Shown here: positions 48,096 through 60,366 of the stretch, piece by piece | Numbering within the stretch: position 1 is the first letter of the stretch | How the letters are laid out: the number at the start of each line of letters is the position of its first letter | Assembly: GCA_010093605.1 (NCBI GenBank) | Contig: MU004197.1 | Location: 372,001-436,000, forward strand | DNA: 64,000 bases | Source: Lophium mytilinum | Taxonomy: Eukaryota | Direction of reading: 5' to 3' | Notes under the pieces: generated by a model | What the model was told of the DNA's origin: nothing | Database searches by the model: none | Seen by the model: the letters and a program-made list of their open reading frames with translations, nothing else | Program-made: the position numbers and the translations under genes

Positions 48096-49556
48096 ATGGC
48101 TACCACAGTATTGTCACTCCCGGAGGAGCTCATCGATAACGTGTGCCAGTCGTTGGGAAGGCGCGATGTGGTCAGCCTGCGCGCCACCTGTAAAGAGCTC
48201 AAGGAGAAGACGTACCATCAATTTGTGGTGAAGCACTTCGGCGAATGCAAAGTCATGGTCACGACCGATAGCCTGCGGTCGCTCATCGACTTCGCAACTA
48301 GCAAGACTTTCGGTGCGAATAAGAAGCTATACGGCTCCTGTATACGTCATCTATGCGTCAGTGCTGCGAGCTTCCCCTCTGACACCATGGAGAAGGTCGA
48401 CGGGTTGCCATTGGATGTAGAGAAAGACGAGAAGTACCGATTCTGGAAAGACGAGGACGCCGAGAAGGACATGCAGAGAGTCAGAAAGAATCGCCGAAAG
48501 GCGCATGCCCGGTACATGCACGAGCAGCGCTCGCTACGGAAGCAGGGAGGAGACGCGAAGCTGCTGGCAGAGGCCCTCTCCGCCCTCCCAGCGGTCGACA
48601 AGATCTCGATTGTACCAGCGGGGTCAGTCTACACCGACGCAGATTACGATTCAATCAACAACAAGCTACCTATGGGCATGGAGCGCGTTTGTCAAGAGAT
48701 AGGATTCTATCCGGAATCTGGAGTCAAGAACCCTCCATATTGGTCCGGGGAAGCCAGCGGTCTAGAGAAAACCTACCAGGAGAATGCTACTTGGATCGTT
48801 TGTGCTACGCTATCAGCTATCGAACGCAGTGGTATCAAAAGGCTGAAGACTCTTGATATCCTTATGCCATTCTCCTTGGATCGCAACATTCCGAAGAGTC
48901 AAGCAGTGAGAAGCAAGACGCTGATTCCGTCCCGAACCCTCTCCGAAGCCCTCTTCGAATCGCTTCAACACAACCTCAGCACGCTCAAAAATCTCACCAT
49001 TTCGGTCGAGGAGCGCCACAACAACCGCCAGCAAAATGTCAAATCCCTCAAGTGGGTTCACCGCTTCACCAAGATCTGCCCCAACGTGGAGAAATTCTCC
49101 TTCTACGCCAACAACAACAACGCGACTAGCGTGTATAGTGACATCGTGAAAGACACCGCTTTCCCTCGTCTCCGAAGCCTCACTCTAATTCACGGGTCCA
49201 TCACGTATGAAGACTTGGGGCAGATTCTCACGACTTATTCATCAACGCTCGAACATGTTTCACTCGAGAAGGTGACGCTGCGTACCGGAGATTGGCTGCT
49301 GGTGCTGCATATGCTGAAGGCGCTACCCCACTTGAAGCTACTTGAGCTGATCACAGTGAGGTACATCGCCCAGAGGGACGGCGTGATGTATTACTGGAAC
49401 ACGAAGAGCCCCTCTGCCACCAGACAGAGAAATCCGTTGTGGTACGATCCAGGTCCTCAGCCGGGAACAACGGACAGGCTCGTGGTCGCCCACGAAGCTG
49501 GTCCGGAGATGGTGGCGAGCCTAGACAAGCATATCTGGCTCCAAACCCCAGCCTGA
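48096..49556 (+). CDS. F-box domain protein with LRR-like C-terminal region
   Basis: N-terminal LSLPEELIDNVCQSL..DVVSLRATCKEL F-box motif; LxxL repeats (LRSLTL, LEHVSL, LKLLEL). Confidence 0.85.
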   Translation: MATTVLSLPEELIDNVCQSLGRRDVVSLRATCKELKEKTYHQFVVKHFGECKVMVTTDSLRSLIDFATSKTFGANKKLYGSCIRHLCVSAASFPSDTMEKVDGLPLDVEKDEKYRFWKDEDAEKDMQRVRKNRRKAHARYMHEQRSLRKQGGDAKLLAEALSALPAVDKISIVPAGSVYTDADYDSINNKLPMGMERVCQEIGFYPESGVKNPPYWSGEASGLEKTYQENATWIVCATLSAIERSGIKRLKTLDILMPFSLDRNIPKSQAVRSKTLIPSRTLSEALFESLQHNLSTLKNLTISVEERHNNRQQNVKSLKWVHRFTKICPNVEKFSFYANNNNATSVYSDIVKDTAFPRLRSLTLIHGSITYEDLGQILTTYSSTLEHVSLEKVTLRTGDWLLVLHMLKALPHLKLLELITVRYIAQRDGVMYYWNTKSPSATRQRNPLWYDPGPQPGTTDRLVVAHEAGPEMVASLDKHIWLQTPA

Positions 49557-51045
49557 CGTTTAGGTCCGGCGAAAAGCAGATGGCGCATCGACAAGACCAA
49601 GTTTCTCGCCGGGTTGTCTTCCCATTTACTGCTCATTGCCCAGCCTAAAAGTGGGGTGCCCTAACCACTAGGATTTCGCTTGGATCACAGGCACAACTGC
49701 GAGTAGTTTCATGGATACAACGTCAAAAGAAAGCCTCAGATATTGAACGGTGTACTCAGGACTTTTTCTTCTCCTGTAACTCATACTTTCACATCCAACA
49801 GCGTCACACTGGCACACACAGATAGTCAATTTCCCGGTTTCAAAATAATGAAATTGTGATTCTCGTTCATTCTCGTTGTGCCGTGCTCAAATGCGTCGTC
49901 TGAAATCGGACTAATACTAGGAACATTGCTTCGTTGCACCTTTTCCCACCACATGAAGTCCTCCAGCACCCCAAACCAGAAGCCGTGCAATATATATTCC
50001 ATACTCAGCCATACAATCTAAACCAAGCTTCCCTTGCACTAAGGCATTCGTCTGTTCCCATGAAGTTCGCGGCCCTCTTGAAATTCCTACACGATGTCCA
50101 AGACCCCACGACTCAGCCCAATCGAGCTCCTACGCCCTGTGACCAAGCCCACTCGGCCTGCCAAGCCACTTCAGCTATCCCTTTCTGTCTTCCGTCGATC
50201 TCGTCTTACGAAGCAGTCGATCTCGATTATTTCTCTGCCGCCTTTCCTTTCTGCCCAGCCTCCGCAATTCCCCGCACATCCTTCTTCATCTTGCTCCAGT
50301 ACTCATTATCCGCGTTCTTCTTCTCTATCAAAGCGTCTTCGCGCTCTTTGCATTCGACGAAGTATTCAAGTAGAGCCGGGGGATAGAGACGCGGCGTCAT
50401 GCGGGGAGATGTTGAGTTGGTGTTTTGGGCGGTTGATGTTGTCTTGGCTGAGCCGGAGGAGCTGGTGAAGCTGGGAGACATGCTGAATTGCTGGATGAGT
50501 GGAGAGATGGGGAGTTGACTCTGCGATCAAGATGGTGGATTTATATTAGCTTTGGTGGTGCTAGGGATAGCGACAACGCACAATGATCAAAGGGGGGTTT
50601 ATTTAACAATACATCTTCTGAGCATGCATCGACACAGCTATTCAGAGAACGTGGATATGCTACGTTTGCTGCTGCGTGAAGGTGCTTGTGGTCGTCTAGC
50701 AGCCTTCACAGCCATGAAAGCGGTCGACTAGTTTGCTCCCACGCAGGACCTCCGGAACGGCTTTGATGGATATGCTTGCTACTCTCTATCCGTCTTTCAG
50801 CTTTGAAATACTGTTGATTGGCATAACAACACCGCATTTCACAATGTCCAAAGGACCGGTTTGACGTATGCGATAGTTTACCAGCATGATAATGATGATA
50901 AGAAACGCGGCTTCCAACTCACACATCCGCATCCTCTCAATCTGTCACCGTCTAACCCCTCACCGAGCCGTTCCTACTATCTCCGAAAAATCTCGGACCA
51001 GTTCCAGCGGATCAAAACTGCCTCAAATACCTATCAACCGTCGCG

Positions 51046-51721
51046 ATGCCAACAGACAAGCAACTCGTCTCCCTCTGCTACTCCATCCTCAAGCAGCTGG
51101 AGCTTAAACACGTATGCCTTCTTTCTCCCCTACACCTCTCCCTTCTTTCTCCCCTACACCTCTTCCTTCTTTCTCCCTCACCCCTTCCCCTCTATTCCCA
51201 CTGACAAATCTCAGATTGACTGGAAACTCGTCGCCGCCGACAACGCCATCCAAAACCCCCACGCCGCCCGCATGCGCTACTCGCGCTTCAAGACGCAGAT
51301 GGAGCGCGCCAGCCTCGCTACCTCCCAGAAACAAGCCGAAAAGCGGAAACGAGAGGCAGAGAAAGGAGGGAAGGAGAAGAATGGGGCGGAGAAGGGGTGT
51401 GGGAGTGCGGAAAATGTGGAGAGTGTGTCAGATGGTGAGGAGATGATTGCGGTGGCGGGTAAAAGGGTAAAGGGAGAAGGGATTGTGAAGAGGGAAGATG
51501 CCAAGGTTGTAGAAGGGCGTGTGAAAGTGGAGGAAGTAAAGAGAGAGGGGCGTCTGAAGGCTGAGGTCGAGGAAATTGATGAGGATGTGAAGATGGGGCC
51601 GATGGATGTGATTAAGATGGAGGAGATGGGGGATGAGGGGAGGATTTGGGGAGGGTTGAAGTATGAGGTTGATGATGATTGCTTTGTTGAGGGTGTGAGG
51701 AGCGTGAGAGCTGTATTTTGA
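51046..51721 (+). CDS. Small fungal Myb-like DNA-binding domain protein; intron 51112-51214
   Basis: Spliced MPTDKQLVSLCYSILKQLELKH|IDWKLVAADNAIQNPHAARMRYSRFKTQME followed by a charged VKxE-rich tail. Confidence 0.8.
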
Positions 51722-51835
51722 GTGGGAGATGATCGAGATGACGGAAGGAGGACAAATATGGTCAGATTTTCGGAGTCTTGCGGAGATGATTGTGGTATTT
51801 CGGAAGATGTTTTCGAGCTGATCTGCTCAGGTATG

Positions 51836-52285
51836 CTAGAATTTCGCTGATAAAAACCTAGATAGGCCTACCGCAAGGGCAGCGGAGGTCTCGTCGACGA
51901 CAGGGGAGTCGGCCAGGGCAGAAACATAGGCATACTCAGCGCTTTGCATCTTATCCACATACACTAAGATCTCTTGCTCCAGTATAGCTCTTCTGACTTT
52001 CCGTCTAAGGTTTCCGAGTTCCCACTGCGAACGGCGATGGACGTCGAACAATGAGTCTGAGGCCTCCTGAGTCGTGCGAATAGAGCCGAACTTACTGATG
52101 ATAGTCTCGTATGCGCCTTCGACTTGGGCAACGGCGCCCTGGATATCTGTGTTTTGAGAGATCCGAAGTTCACCGGCGGGCGACACACGCGTTGGGATCC
52201 CGGCGACCAGCCCTAATCCCATGCTGCCAACGAGGTCTGAATCCACAGGCACCGTTCCACGAAACAGCGAGATGTCGGAGGGCAT
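51836..52285 (-). CDS. Hypothetical protein (~149 aa)
   Basis: Open frame from MPSDISLFRG with protein-like helical composition; no family recognised. Confidence 0.45.
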   Translation of the reverse strand: MPSDISLFRGTVPVDSDLVGSMGLGLVAGIPTRVSPAGELRISQNTDIQGAVAQVEGAYETIISKFGSIRTTQEASDSLFDVHRRSQWELGNLRRKVRRAILEQEILVYVDKMQSAEYAYVSALADSPVVDETSAALAVGLSRFLSAKF

Positions 52286-52605
52286 GCGGGGGGCTTTGAA
52301 GAATGCTTTCAAGTGTGCTGAGAATAAAAGAATTTGATATGGTCGATAGAGCGGCGATAGTGTGTGCAGGCAGTCTGGCGCTTTGAATGCCACTACAAAA
52401 AGGGCTATCTCAGGTAATACAGCACGAAATACATATTAATCGAACGTGACATCTGGCTTTATGGCGTGATGAGATTGAGACCTGTCTGACTATACGAGAT
52501 AAAATGGATCTTAAACGCTAGCGAAGAAACGCGCTCTATGAAAAAAGAACGTGCGGAGCTTTAAGAAATGGGAATGGATGAATAGTAAAATGAGGTTTCT
52601 GACCG

Positions 52606-54922
52606 CTAGATGAGCTGGAACGTCTGCAACGGAACACCGCGTGCCTTCAATGCTTCTGGCAACATTCTGGGATCTGAGTCCATCTCTTCGCCGGTGATCT
52701 TGTTCCGGTACATCTCAAAGACCCCAGGGTCGCCACGCACTCTGTCTCTTTCTATTGCTTCCCATCCATTCTCGAGTGGGCCCAGCCGGGGGTCTTCTGA
52801 CATGGTAACGTGCTTGTTGGTCGAAGAATTGTATAGCGAGTAGTTGTTCTCACCAAACTCAGCATCGGTGACCTGCACTCTCCAATGCTTCGGCAACGGG
52901 CCAAGAAGCACACTCGCGTCGCTCAGGCCATGAACGTAGCCGGTTCCCACCACCAGAAATTGCCCATGTGAGCTAGGCCGCAAGAAGATTGGGTTATCGC
53001 AACCGAGCAAAACACAAATGACATCACCTGTTCAACGGTAAGAATCTCAACTCACGAAAACTCATCAATGTCTTACCCGATTTCGCCAACCTAGGGCCTA
53101 GGCCCATGTATCCTCTCTCTGCTGTTACAAAAGTATGGCCCCCAACACTATCGACTGCTTCGGTCATGTGTGACTCATCCTTTTCGTCGAATTTTGTGCG
53201 CTCTCCAGAGGCAAGATCGTGGCCTTTTGCGCTCTTTTCAGGGGAAACGAAACGTCTCTTGCACAAACTTTTCCACTCTTGGGCCGTTGGCCAGTCATCA
53301 TATTCTGGCCAGCGCTCGTACATCTCGTTTTGCCGAATTGTCAACGCAAAAGTATCTTCTAAGCTCTCTCCAGTGACATATGAAGATCCTGGCTTGATTA
53401 TGTCTGCTGCCCAGTTCCGAATTTCTTCCAACGCCTCTTCTCTTTCATCTGCCAATGGCCCACGAACAGCCTCCACAGTTGCGCAATGAACACCAACCAG
53501 CTCTAGAACACCCGGGTGTGTGTATGTGAAGTGCGCACGGGAGACTCCGCTACAAAGGCTACCCCAATTTACTGAGGTCCAGCTATCTGCTGACCAATTT
53601 GGAACCCAAGATGGAGTGTCGGGCAGTGCAGTCTTCAAATCACAGTATGGAAGGAGCTCTAGTCGCTGAACATGATTGCAATGCGCTAAGAACGCGTCTC
53701 TATACACAACACCAACAGGGTCCGAGTAGCGCGGTTCGATCTTCGCCAGATCTGAGCCTAGAAGACCGAGCAATCCATATACTTTGTCTCTTGGGTCAGA
53801 ACACATCTGGCCCCTCATATTACTTAGTATTAACCTAAGCGGTAGGTCCGGGAGAAAACCAGTCAGATGTCGCAAGTGGCGAAGTTCTGAACGAAGCTGA
53901 GCGGAAGGTTGATCTGCTTTAGCGGCTATGCAGTTCACAGCTCGCCGGAAGCGGTACCACGGAATTGAATCACGTCCGCATTGCATGACAGCATGGCTGT
54001 TCGCGAGGTGAACTTCCTGCCACACCCACAATCGTTTGAACCATTGACGTTTCATAAGTTTTTCAACGTCTCTCCACAGGTTACTACCGTAGGGCAGAGC
54101 ATCATCATCGAACCAATCTAGTTCCATTGCAGTGGGAGACGGAACGAGGATATTATCCTTGGTGTATTCCAATTGAGCGCCGATGTAATCTAGTGTTTTC
54201 ATTGCGAGCCTGCTCCTGTCTGCTTGTGGCCCAAGCCAAACAACAACGCGCTCTGCTAATCGGTAGATACTAGCCATGCTTTTGACTTGCTCGTTGCGCT
54301 CGTCTTCGTCCTCCTGATTGATGCACACAGCATCGATCCACAATGCTCGTGTTTTCCGGGGATACCGCAGGTGTCTCATCGCGGAGGCGAGGTCTCGCCG
54401 AATCTGCAGCCTTGCGGAAAAAGTGCATTCGCTACCTGATGATAGATATGTGGACGAATAGTGGACATAAGCGTCTTTTGGATCATCCGCTGAGCCCCAA
54501 GCGTAGGAGAGCGCTTCGTATCTTGGCCGAAAGTCGAGGCCTGGCACTTCTGGTAGTTGGGCATAGCGAGAAGGATGAAGATCTGAGTCTGGATGTACCC
54601 AAGAGGAAGAGTCCGTGTCTGCACTCCAGAAGATGTACTCGTTATCAACGGTTTCAAAGGCCTTGTATCCCGGCGGTAGCGTGTTCCTCAACTCTTTCAA
54701 AGACATCCTATCCGTGGGACGCTCCTCTGGGATCCGCAACGGAACATGAAATAGCTCAAATCGAATTGGCTCCTTGCCCTTTCCAGGCAACAGCCTGATG
54801 AGTCTGATTTCCTCGGTTTCGGGGTCCAGCCTCACATATCGATAGGGTTCCTTTCCGGATGCAGTTGAAGATTTGGACCCAAAATGGGCCTTGACTTTTC
54901 GCTTCCAAAAAACCTCGGTCAT
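52606..54922 (-). CDS. Heterokaryon incompatibility (HET-6-like) domain protein; intron 53076-53028
   Basis: EIRLIRL, YEALSYAWG, LWIDAVCINQ, QVKSMASIYRLAERVVVWLG, WFKRLWVWQE, DPRDKVYGLLG and C-terminal GD(V)ICVLLGC..FLVVGTGYVHG. Confidence 0.93.
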
Positions 54923-55347
54923 GTTGAGAGTATGGTGCAGAATGAATGACTGAACGTGCAGCAGAGGTCATCGTCGCCAGCAGGTAGACACCGCTACGAG
55001 GCTGAGCAAAAGGCAAGTCAGCTGAGTGCGACATGCATATCAGCCTTCTTGGCGAGGCAATCCATAGCCATTCATTTTCAGCCAAAGCAGCATCCTGCAG
55101 TAGCGGCACAGCAGGGTCACCGATCAACAGCCTATGGGCGGCTATGAGCGTCTCAGCCTTGCGGTTGTGAGACCCATCGATGACGGAGCGGGCGATTTGT
55201 TCAGACTGCCATAACAAGAATTATCTTGAATGGAAATATGGATCACCGACTTGAAGAGTATGATGGGGTGGCTGTGTAGATTGAACCCAGATGATGATGA
55301 ACATTATTCCAAGGTGTCGTTGGAGGCCGGATTGTTAGAATTCTTGA

Positions 55348-55842
55348 ATTTGTCGGGTGCAAAACAGCACGGAATCCTTGGCACAACTCTCTGCCACACC
55401 AAAATAATTCTTAGGAATACCAACTATAAGATTTATTAATAGAATTAACTCTAAAAACTAATAGAATATAGGCATAAGCTACTAGAGTATATTATATAGG
55501 CTTTCCCTTCTATTAATTATTTTTAAGGGCGTAATTCTAGTTATAGTAAGAAGATATAACAGGTGCCGCCCGCGGAAGATACCGCCCCCTGCTGCCCTAT
55601 GCTACACCCCTGCTATACCCCTGCCGCCCGCCTTTTCTATACCTTTCTTTACCTAGAAATAACTTCTCTTCCTATAAATATTTAGAGCTTATATTTTTAA
55701 GATAAAGTAGGTAGTATATAAAGCAGCTTCTAGAGAAGTTTAAAGGTAATAACTCTATATTTATACCTTTTAGTTGTTAGAAAACGTGTGGTGTGGCAGA
55801 GAGTTTTGCCAAGGATTCCGTGCTGTTTTGCACCCGACAAAT
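55348..55842. mobile_element. Non-autonomous TIR element (MITE-like), 495 bp, 54-bp inverted repeats
   Basis: 55348-55401 and 55789-55842 are reverse complements at 53/54 positions (ATTTGTCGGGTGCAAAACAGCACGGAATCCTTGGCA(C/A)AACTCTCTGCCACACCA); the interior is AT/TpA-rich and non-coding. Confidence 0.88.
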
Positions 55843-56201
55843 ACCCGGGCGCTCTAAACTTGGCATCCCAGCAAAATAAAGCACCACCTCTTTTCATACC
55901 CTTTACGGCACTCGACACCAACCACAATAACCTTCCTCGCTAGGGGTATAATGGGATGCTAGAAATTCCTCTTCTTAGCATGATCTGCTTCTAGATTGAA
56001 CTTCGTCTGAATGGTGTTATGTTCTTCTGTAGCACTACCTTTGCAGCACTCACACCAGCCCATCTAATTTCGCATTCCACTTCAATTCGGTTCAATTCAA
56101 ATATATAAGCAACTCATCTTCATGCTCTCTATCTCTATATGACCAATGCGGCTTTTAGTCCCCAGAAGATGCAAAAAGAACACCACCCATGCATCGCTAT
56201 C

Positions 56202-57989
56202 CTACTCCAAAAAAGTAAACAGATTAGTATGCAAAACATTCAACGCTCGATCGGCCTCGCGCTCTTCAATCACGCACGAAATGTTGATTTCGCTAGCTCC
56301 TGTTTCTGAGTTAGCTTGTGCGCTCCGAACCGCTCCTCAAACCTCAACAGCCGAGAAGGGAATCTATGGGGATGGCGCCTACCTTGACTGATCATCTCAA
56401 TATTAATATTATTATCCCCTAACACACTAAAGAACTTGCCCGCAATGCCGACCATGTTCTTCAGCTGCCTACCCACCAGACTCACGATCGCCATATCCGG
56501 CACCAGATCCACAATCCCATACTCGCTGAGATCTGCCACCGCGCCCCTCAGATCCTCGTTGTCGATCTTGTACTCATCATCTCCGCCACCAGAGATCATG
56601 GCGCTCTCGCTATGCAGCGCCATAGACACGTGCACCTCGGATGAGGCGATGAGGTCGACAGAGAGGTGCCACTTCAGCAGCAAGCGAAAGATGTTCATGA
56701 GAAAGCCTTCCGAGCGGGTGCGCTCGTTGGAGTGCACGTTCAGAACCATGATCTTGTGCTTGATCGTGACAGCCGTAGGGCGTTTGGGACCCGCAACCAG
56801 CGAGGTCGCATCGCTGACCGAGCGCGTGCGGAAGAGGCGGGCATCGTGCAGCGGCGCACGCGGGTTGATGTTCTCGATCGCGTCTGGGAAGATGATCGTA
56901 CCAGGGCCGCGGGGGTTCATGACGTTCTTAATGCGGATGGGGATGCGAGCGCGGATGACCTGCTTCATGGTGGCTGGATGGATGACTTCAGAGCCGTAGA
57001 AGGTCAGCTCGGCAGCCTCCGCGGGGGTCACGCTGGGGAGGAGGCGGGCGGTGGGGACTTTGCGAGGGTCGGCCGTGAAGATGCCATCGACTTCTTTCCA
57101 CACCTGGAGCTCGCGCGCACGCAAGCCGACCGCGACGAGAGCGGCGCAAAGATCAGTATAACCGCGTCCGATGAGGTTCAGGAGACCGCCTGGAATGGCG
57201 CCAAAGTAGCCTGTAATCACAGGGACTTTGTTGCCGCAGGCGTAGACCTCCTCGGCCAGGGCGGCAGCAATGTCGGTGTAGAACTGCTCATTCAGAACCT
57301 GTCCGTTGATCTTATGGGTCTTGACGATGCTAGAAGCGTCAACGAATTGCGCAGGGACGCCGCGGTCTTCGAGCAGAGCTGCCATGTACCGGCAGCTCAA
57401 CTTCTCGCCTTTGCTAACGATCATGTCTTCAGCACGGGTTGTGACCTCCTCCATAACTTGCGCAGATTCGAGGAGCTTAGAGAGATTGTCACATTCTTCG
57501 CCGACATCTCCGGTAAAGGTTTGGAGTATTTTCGGGGACTTGATCGTGTTTTTCGCGGCTTGGACGTGGTCGGCGCGAATAGCTTCAACGATCTCGTCGT
57601 AATGCCTTCCCGGCTTCTCTGCAGCTCGAGCAGCGCGAAGGAGTCTGTGCATAGCCGTCAGTAATCACGCCTATTTCAATCTCTCCGAGTTCATGCCCAC
57701 CTATTCGTAGTGCCCTCCAACTTGGTATTATTACTCCTAGCCGAACACACCACCGCGGTTCTCCCAACCTTCGTTCCCGCCCTAGAAAACCGTCAGCACT
57801 CTTCCAATACACCCTCCCTCCTCCTCCCACCTTCTCAGAGTGTATAACATACCCCACAACCCCCACAATCCCCTCCGCAAACTTTCCCACACTCGTCCCC
57901 CCAAACTTCAGCACTACCCACCCGCCCGGCAACTCCTTCTCTTCCGTATGCGCTATCCGAACCGTCCCATTTGTGTATGAATCCACCAT
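56202..57989 (-). CDS. HOM3: Aspartokinase, multi-exon
   Basis: VLKFGGTSVGKF, SKGEKLSC, GRGYTDL, KEVDGIFTADPRKVP, AELTFYGSEVIHP and ACT domains ending EMISQG|ASEINISCVI. Confidence 0.95.
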
Positions 57990-59157
57990 CTTGCCCGCTA
58001 TCGTATCGGTCGAATCACAATACCGCAGGGTGAATCTCTCGTGTTGAGACTTCAAGTTTTGGCCGAAAACCGGAGGTATGGGCGTATTCTCAAAGAATAA
58101 CCGCGTATTTAATGCCTGCGACATTGCGGTGTGTTGTCAGCCCAGCTCACACTCAATTGCATTCGCTGGCGGGTTGCAAGGGAGATAGCACTTACGGTAT
58201 ATACGTGGAGAGGGGTGGGTGGTCGCTGGGAGGTGCGAGGTTGGTCTGACTGTAATGTACTGTGCAGAGCCGTGAGAGGGAGCGGCCAGTCATAGCGGGG
58301 CAAAATTCTTGAATAGAGAGGTTGAGGGGCCGTGCTTCGGCCTTCGGCGTGGGTGATGTAACTTTCTTGTTATGAATTCTGCGGTGTCAAAGGCTATGGG
58401 AGCGAATTCGACATGAGGATAGCATCTGATCCTTTCAGCTCGGAACTGAGATCTAAGGTCACTTTACAACCTCGTCTTCACAGAATCTACTTTTCAATAT
58501 CAGCGCATCGAGGTTGGCGGTGTGGTTCTATTCCAAACCTGCCACTTAAAGACATCCTCAAATTTTTCGAATAAATACACGGATAATAAAGCATGGAAAA
58601 CAAGCGCATAGGGCGCCTCAATAACCTCTCTAAACCCTGGCGCTCTCGCCCTGGCCGTTCGTCAGGCCACGGAGGCGCTTTGCCGCAATCGGTGGCTTTT
58701 GCACGTCAACCCCAGTTTGTCGGCTGTTGGATAGAGGACAAAAGCTACAAGCTTTTGCTTTTCTTTACAATAGAAGACCAGGATATAGGTGGGGAGACTG
58801 TCTGGAGAGTGCGTGGTGGAGGGAGCAGACATCCGAGGTCACGTGATGATCTACTGGCGACTCTTTTCCGGATATCGGCAGATGTTGGAGGATGTATGTC
58901 CTTAGGAAAGGAGCTAGACGGGTAGTGACTTGCTGCACTTCGAACAGACCAAAGGCCAGCTTGGACTCTTGTCTACTCCCTTCAATAACATCTAATACAT
59001 AAAGTACTATGACACAAGTCTGGACACATGAACCCGTTTCTGCTTGGCTTCAATTTGCTCACTCGACACAACTGTTGGGGGCAGCCTGGTTGCTGAACAG
59101 CTAGATGGTCTGTCATTGTAGCATACCACCCACCATTACCCCCTCCGCTCGTAGCCC

Positions 59158-60366
59158 TTACTCCGCTGGCTTCTCAAACAAATAATGTGCCACCCCCCAC
59201 GTATCTCCACCCTCATATGCAAACAACTCCGCACACGCCAAATAGAACACCTGCCACCGATTCCACCACCTCAACGTCCCCTCCTTCCCATACGTCTCCT
59301 CCAAACACGGCCAAACCGCCTTCTTGTTCTTCAACATATTCGCCAACCAATCCTCACACGTCCGCGCATAATGCCGCCCGTTCACCCACCACTGCTCCTT
59401 CACCCTCAAATCCCTCTGGAAATACAGCAGCAGATCCGCACTCGGCATTGTGCCACCCGTGAAGAAGTTCTCAGTCATCCACCCCTGCTCGAAGTCGTAG
59501 GGCGTCGTTTTGTGCGCGAAGATGTGCACGAAGAGTTTCCCGCCGGGTACGAGCCAGCGTGCGACTTTGGCCATGAGGGCTTCGTAGTTTTTCATGTGTT
59601 CGAAGAGCTCGATGGAGATGACGCGGTCGAAAGAAGAGGGGGTGAATTCGTAGTCGACGACGTCGCCAGTTGTGACGGTGAGGTTTGTGAGGCCTTTGGA
59701 GGCCGCGACGGAGTCGATGTATTGCTTTTGCGTTCGCGAGTTGGAGAAAGCGGTGATTTGGGAGGTTGGGAATTTCTCGGCGATGTAGAGGGCACCAGAA
59801 CCCCAGCCGCAGCTGTGTTTAGAAGAGAATTAGCATTCCTTCTGATAAAGTGTAGTAAATCAATGCACGTTTGAAGCCGGCGTGAAACGTACCCGAGATC
59901 CAATATCCTCATCCCCTCTCCCAATCCGGCTCTTTTCACGTAGAGATCCAGCATTGCGTCTTCCGCCTCTGCTAGACTGACGTTGCCCTTCTTGAGTTCC
60001 TCGTCCTGGTACCAACAACAACTATACTTCATTTGTGGCCCTAGACACCCCTTCAACACCCCCGTGCCGACTTCATAGTGCTGCGTGTTGGCAGTTGCGG
60101 TCTCAATTGCAATTGGTCGCTGGCGTAACGCTTGGACATATTTCATCTTCGTAGCATAGGCTTTGGACAGGTTCGTAGTAGAGATATCGGCAATACGCCC
60201 GCGGAGCTGGGAACGAATACCCCGGCGGATGATGGGATGCGGAAGGTAGCCATTATCGAGCAAGGTGTCGAGGTAGGGTGTTGTGAGGTTTTGGAGAGCG
60301 TCTGGGGTTTATTAGAAGAAGGAAGCTGAGAGGAATGTGGGTGATGGAACCTGTTATTGAGTTCAT
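59158..60366 (-). CDS. SAM-dependent methyltransferase, cyclopropane-fatty-acyl synthase / coclaurine N-methyltransferase-like; spliced
   Basis: ANTQHYEV, LGPQMKYSCC, RILDLG|CGWG, FEHMKNY, FFTGGTMPS and ACAELF. Confidence 0.92.

Noticed and set aside
50227..50481. 84-aa minus-strand ORF
   Set aside because: Short, followed by multiple stops, no motif; cannot be supported.
51117..51185. 24-bp pyrimidine-rich tandem repeat
   Set aside because: Lies within an intron; ordinary slippage repeat.
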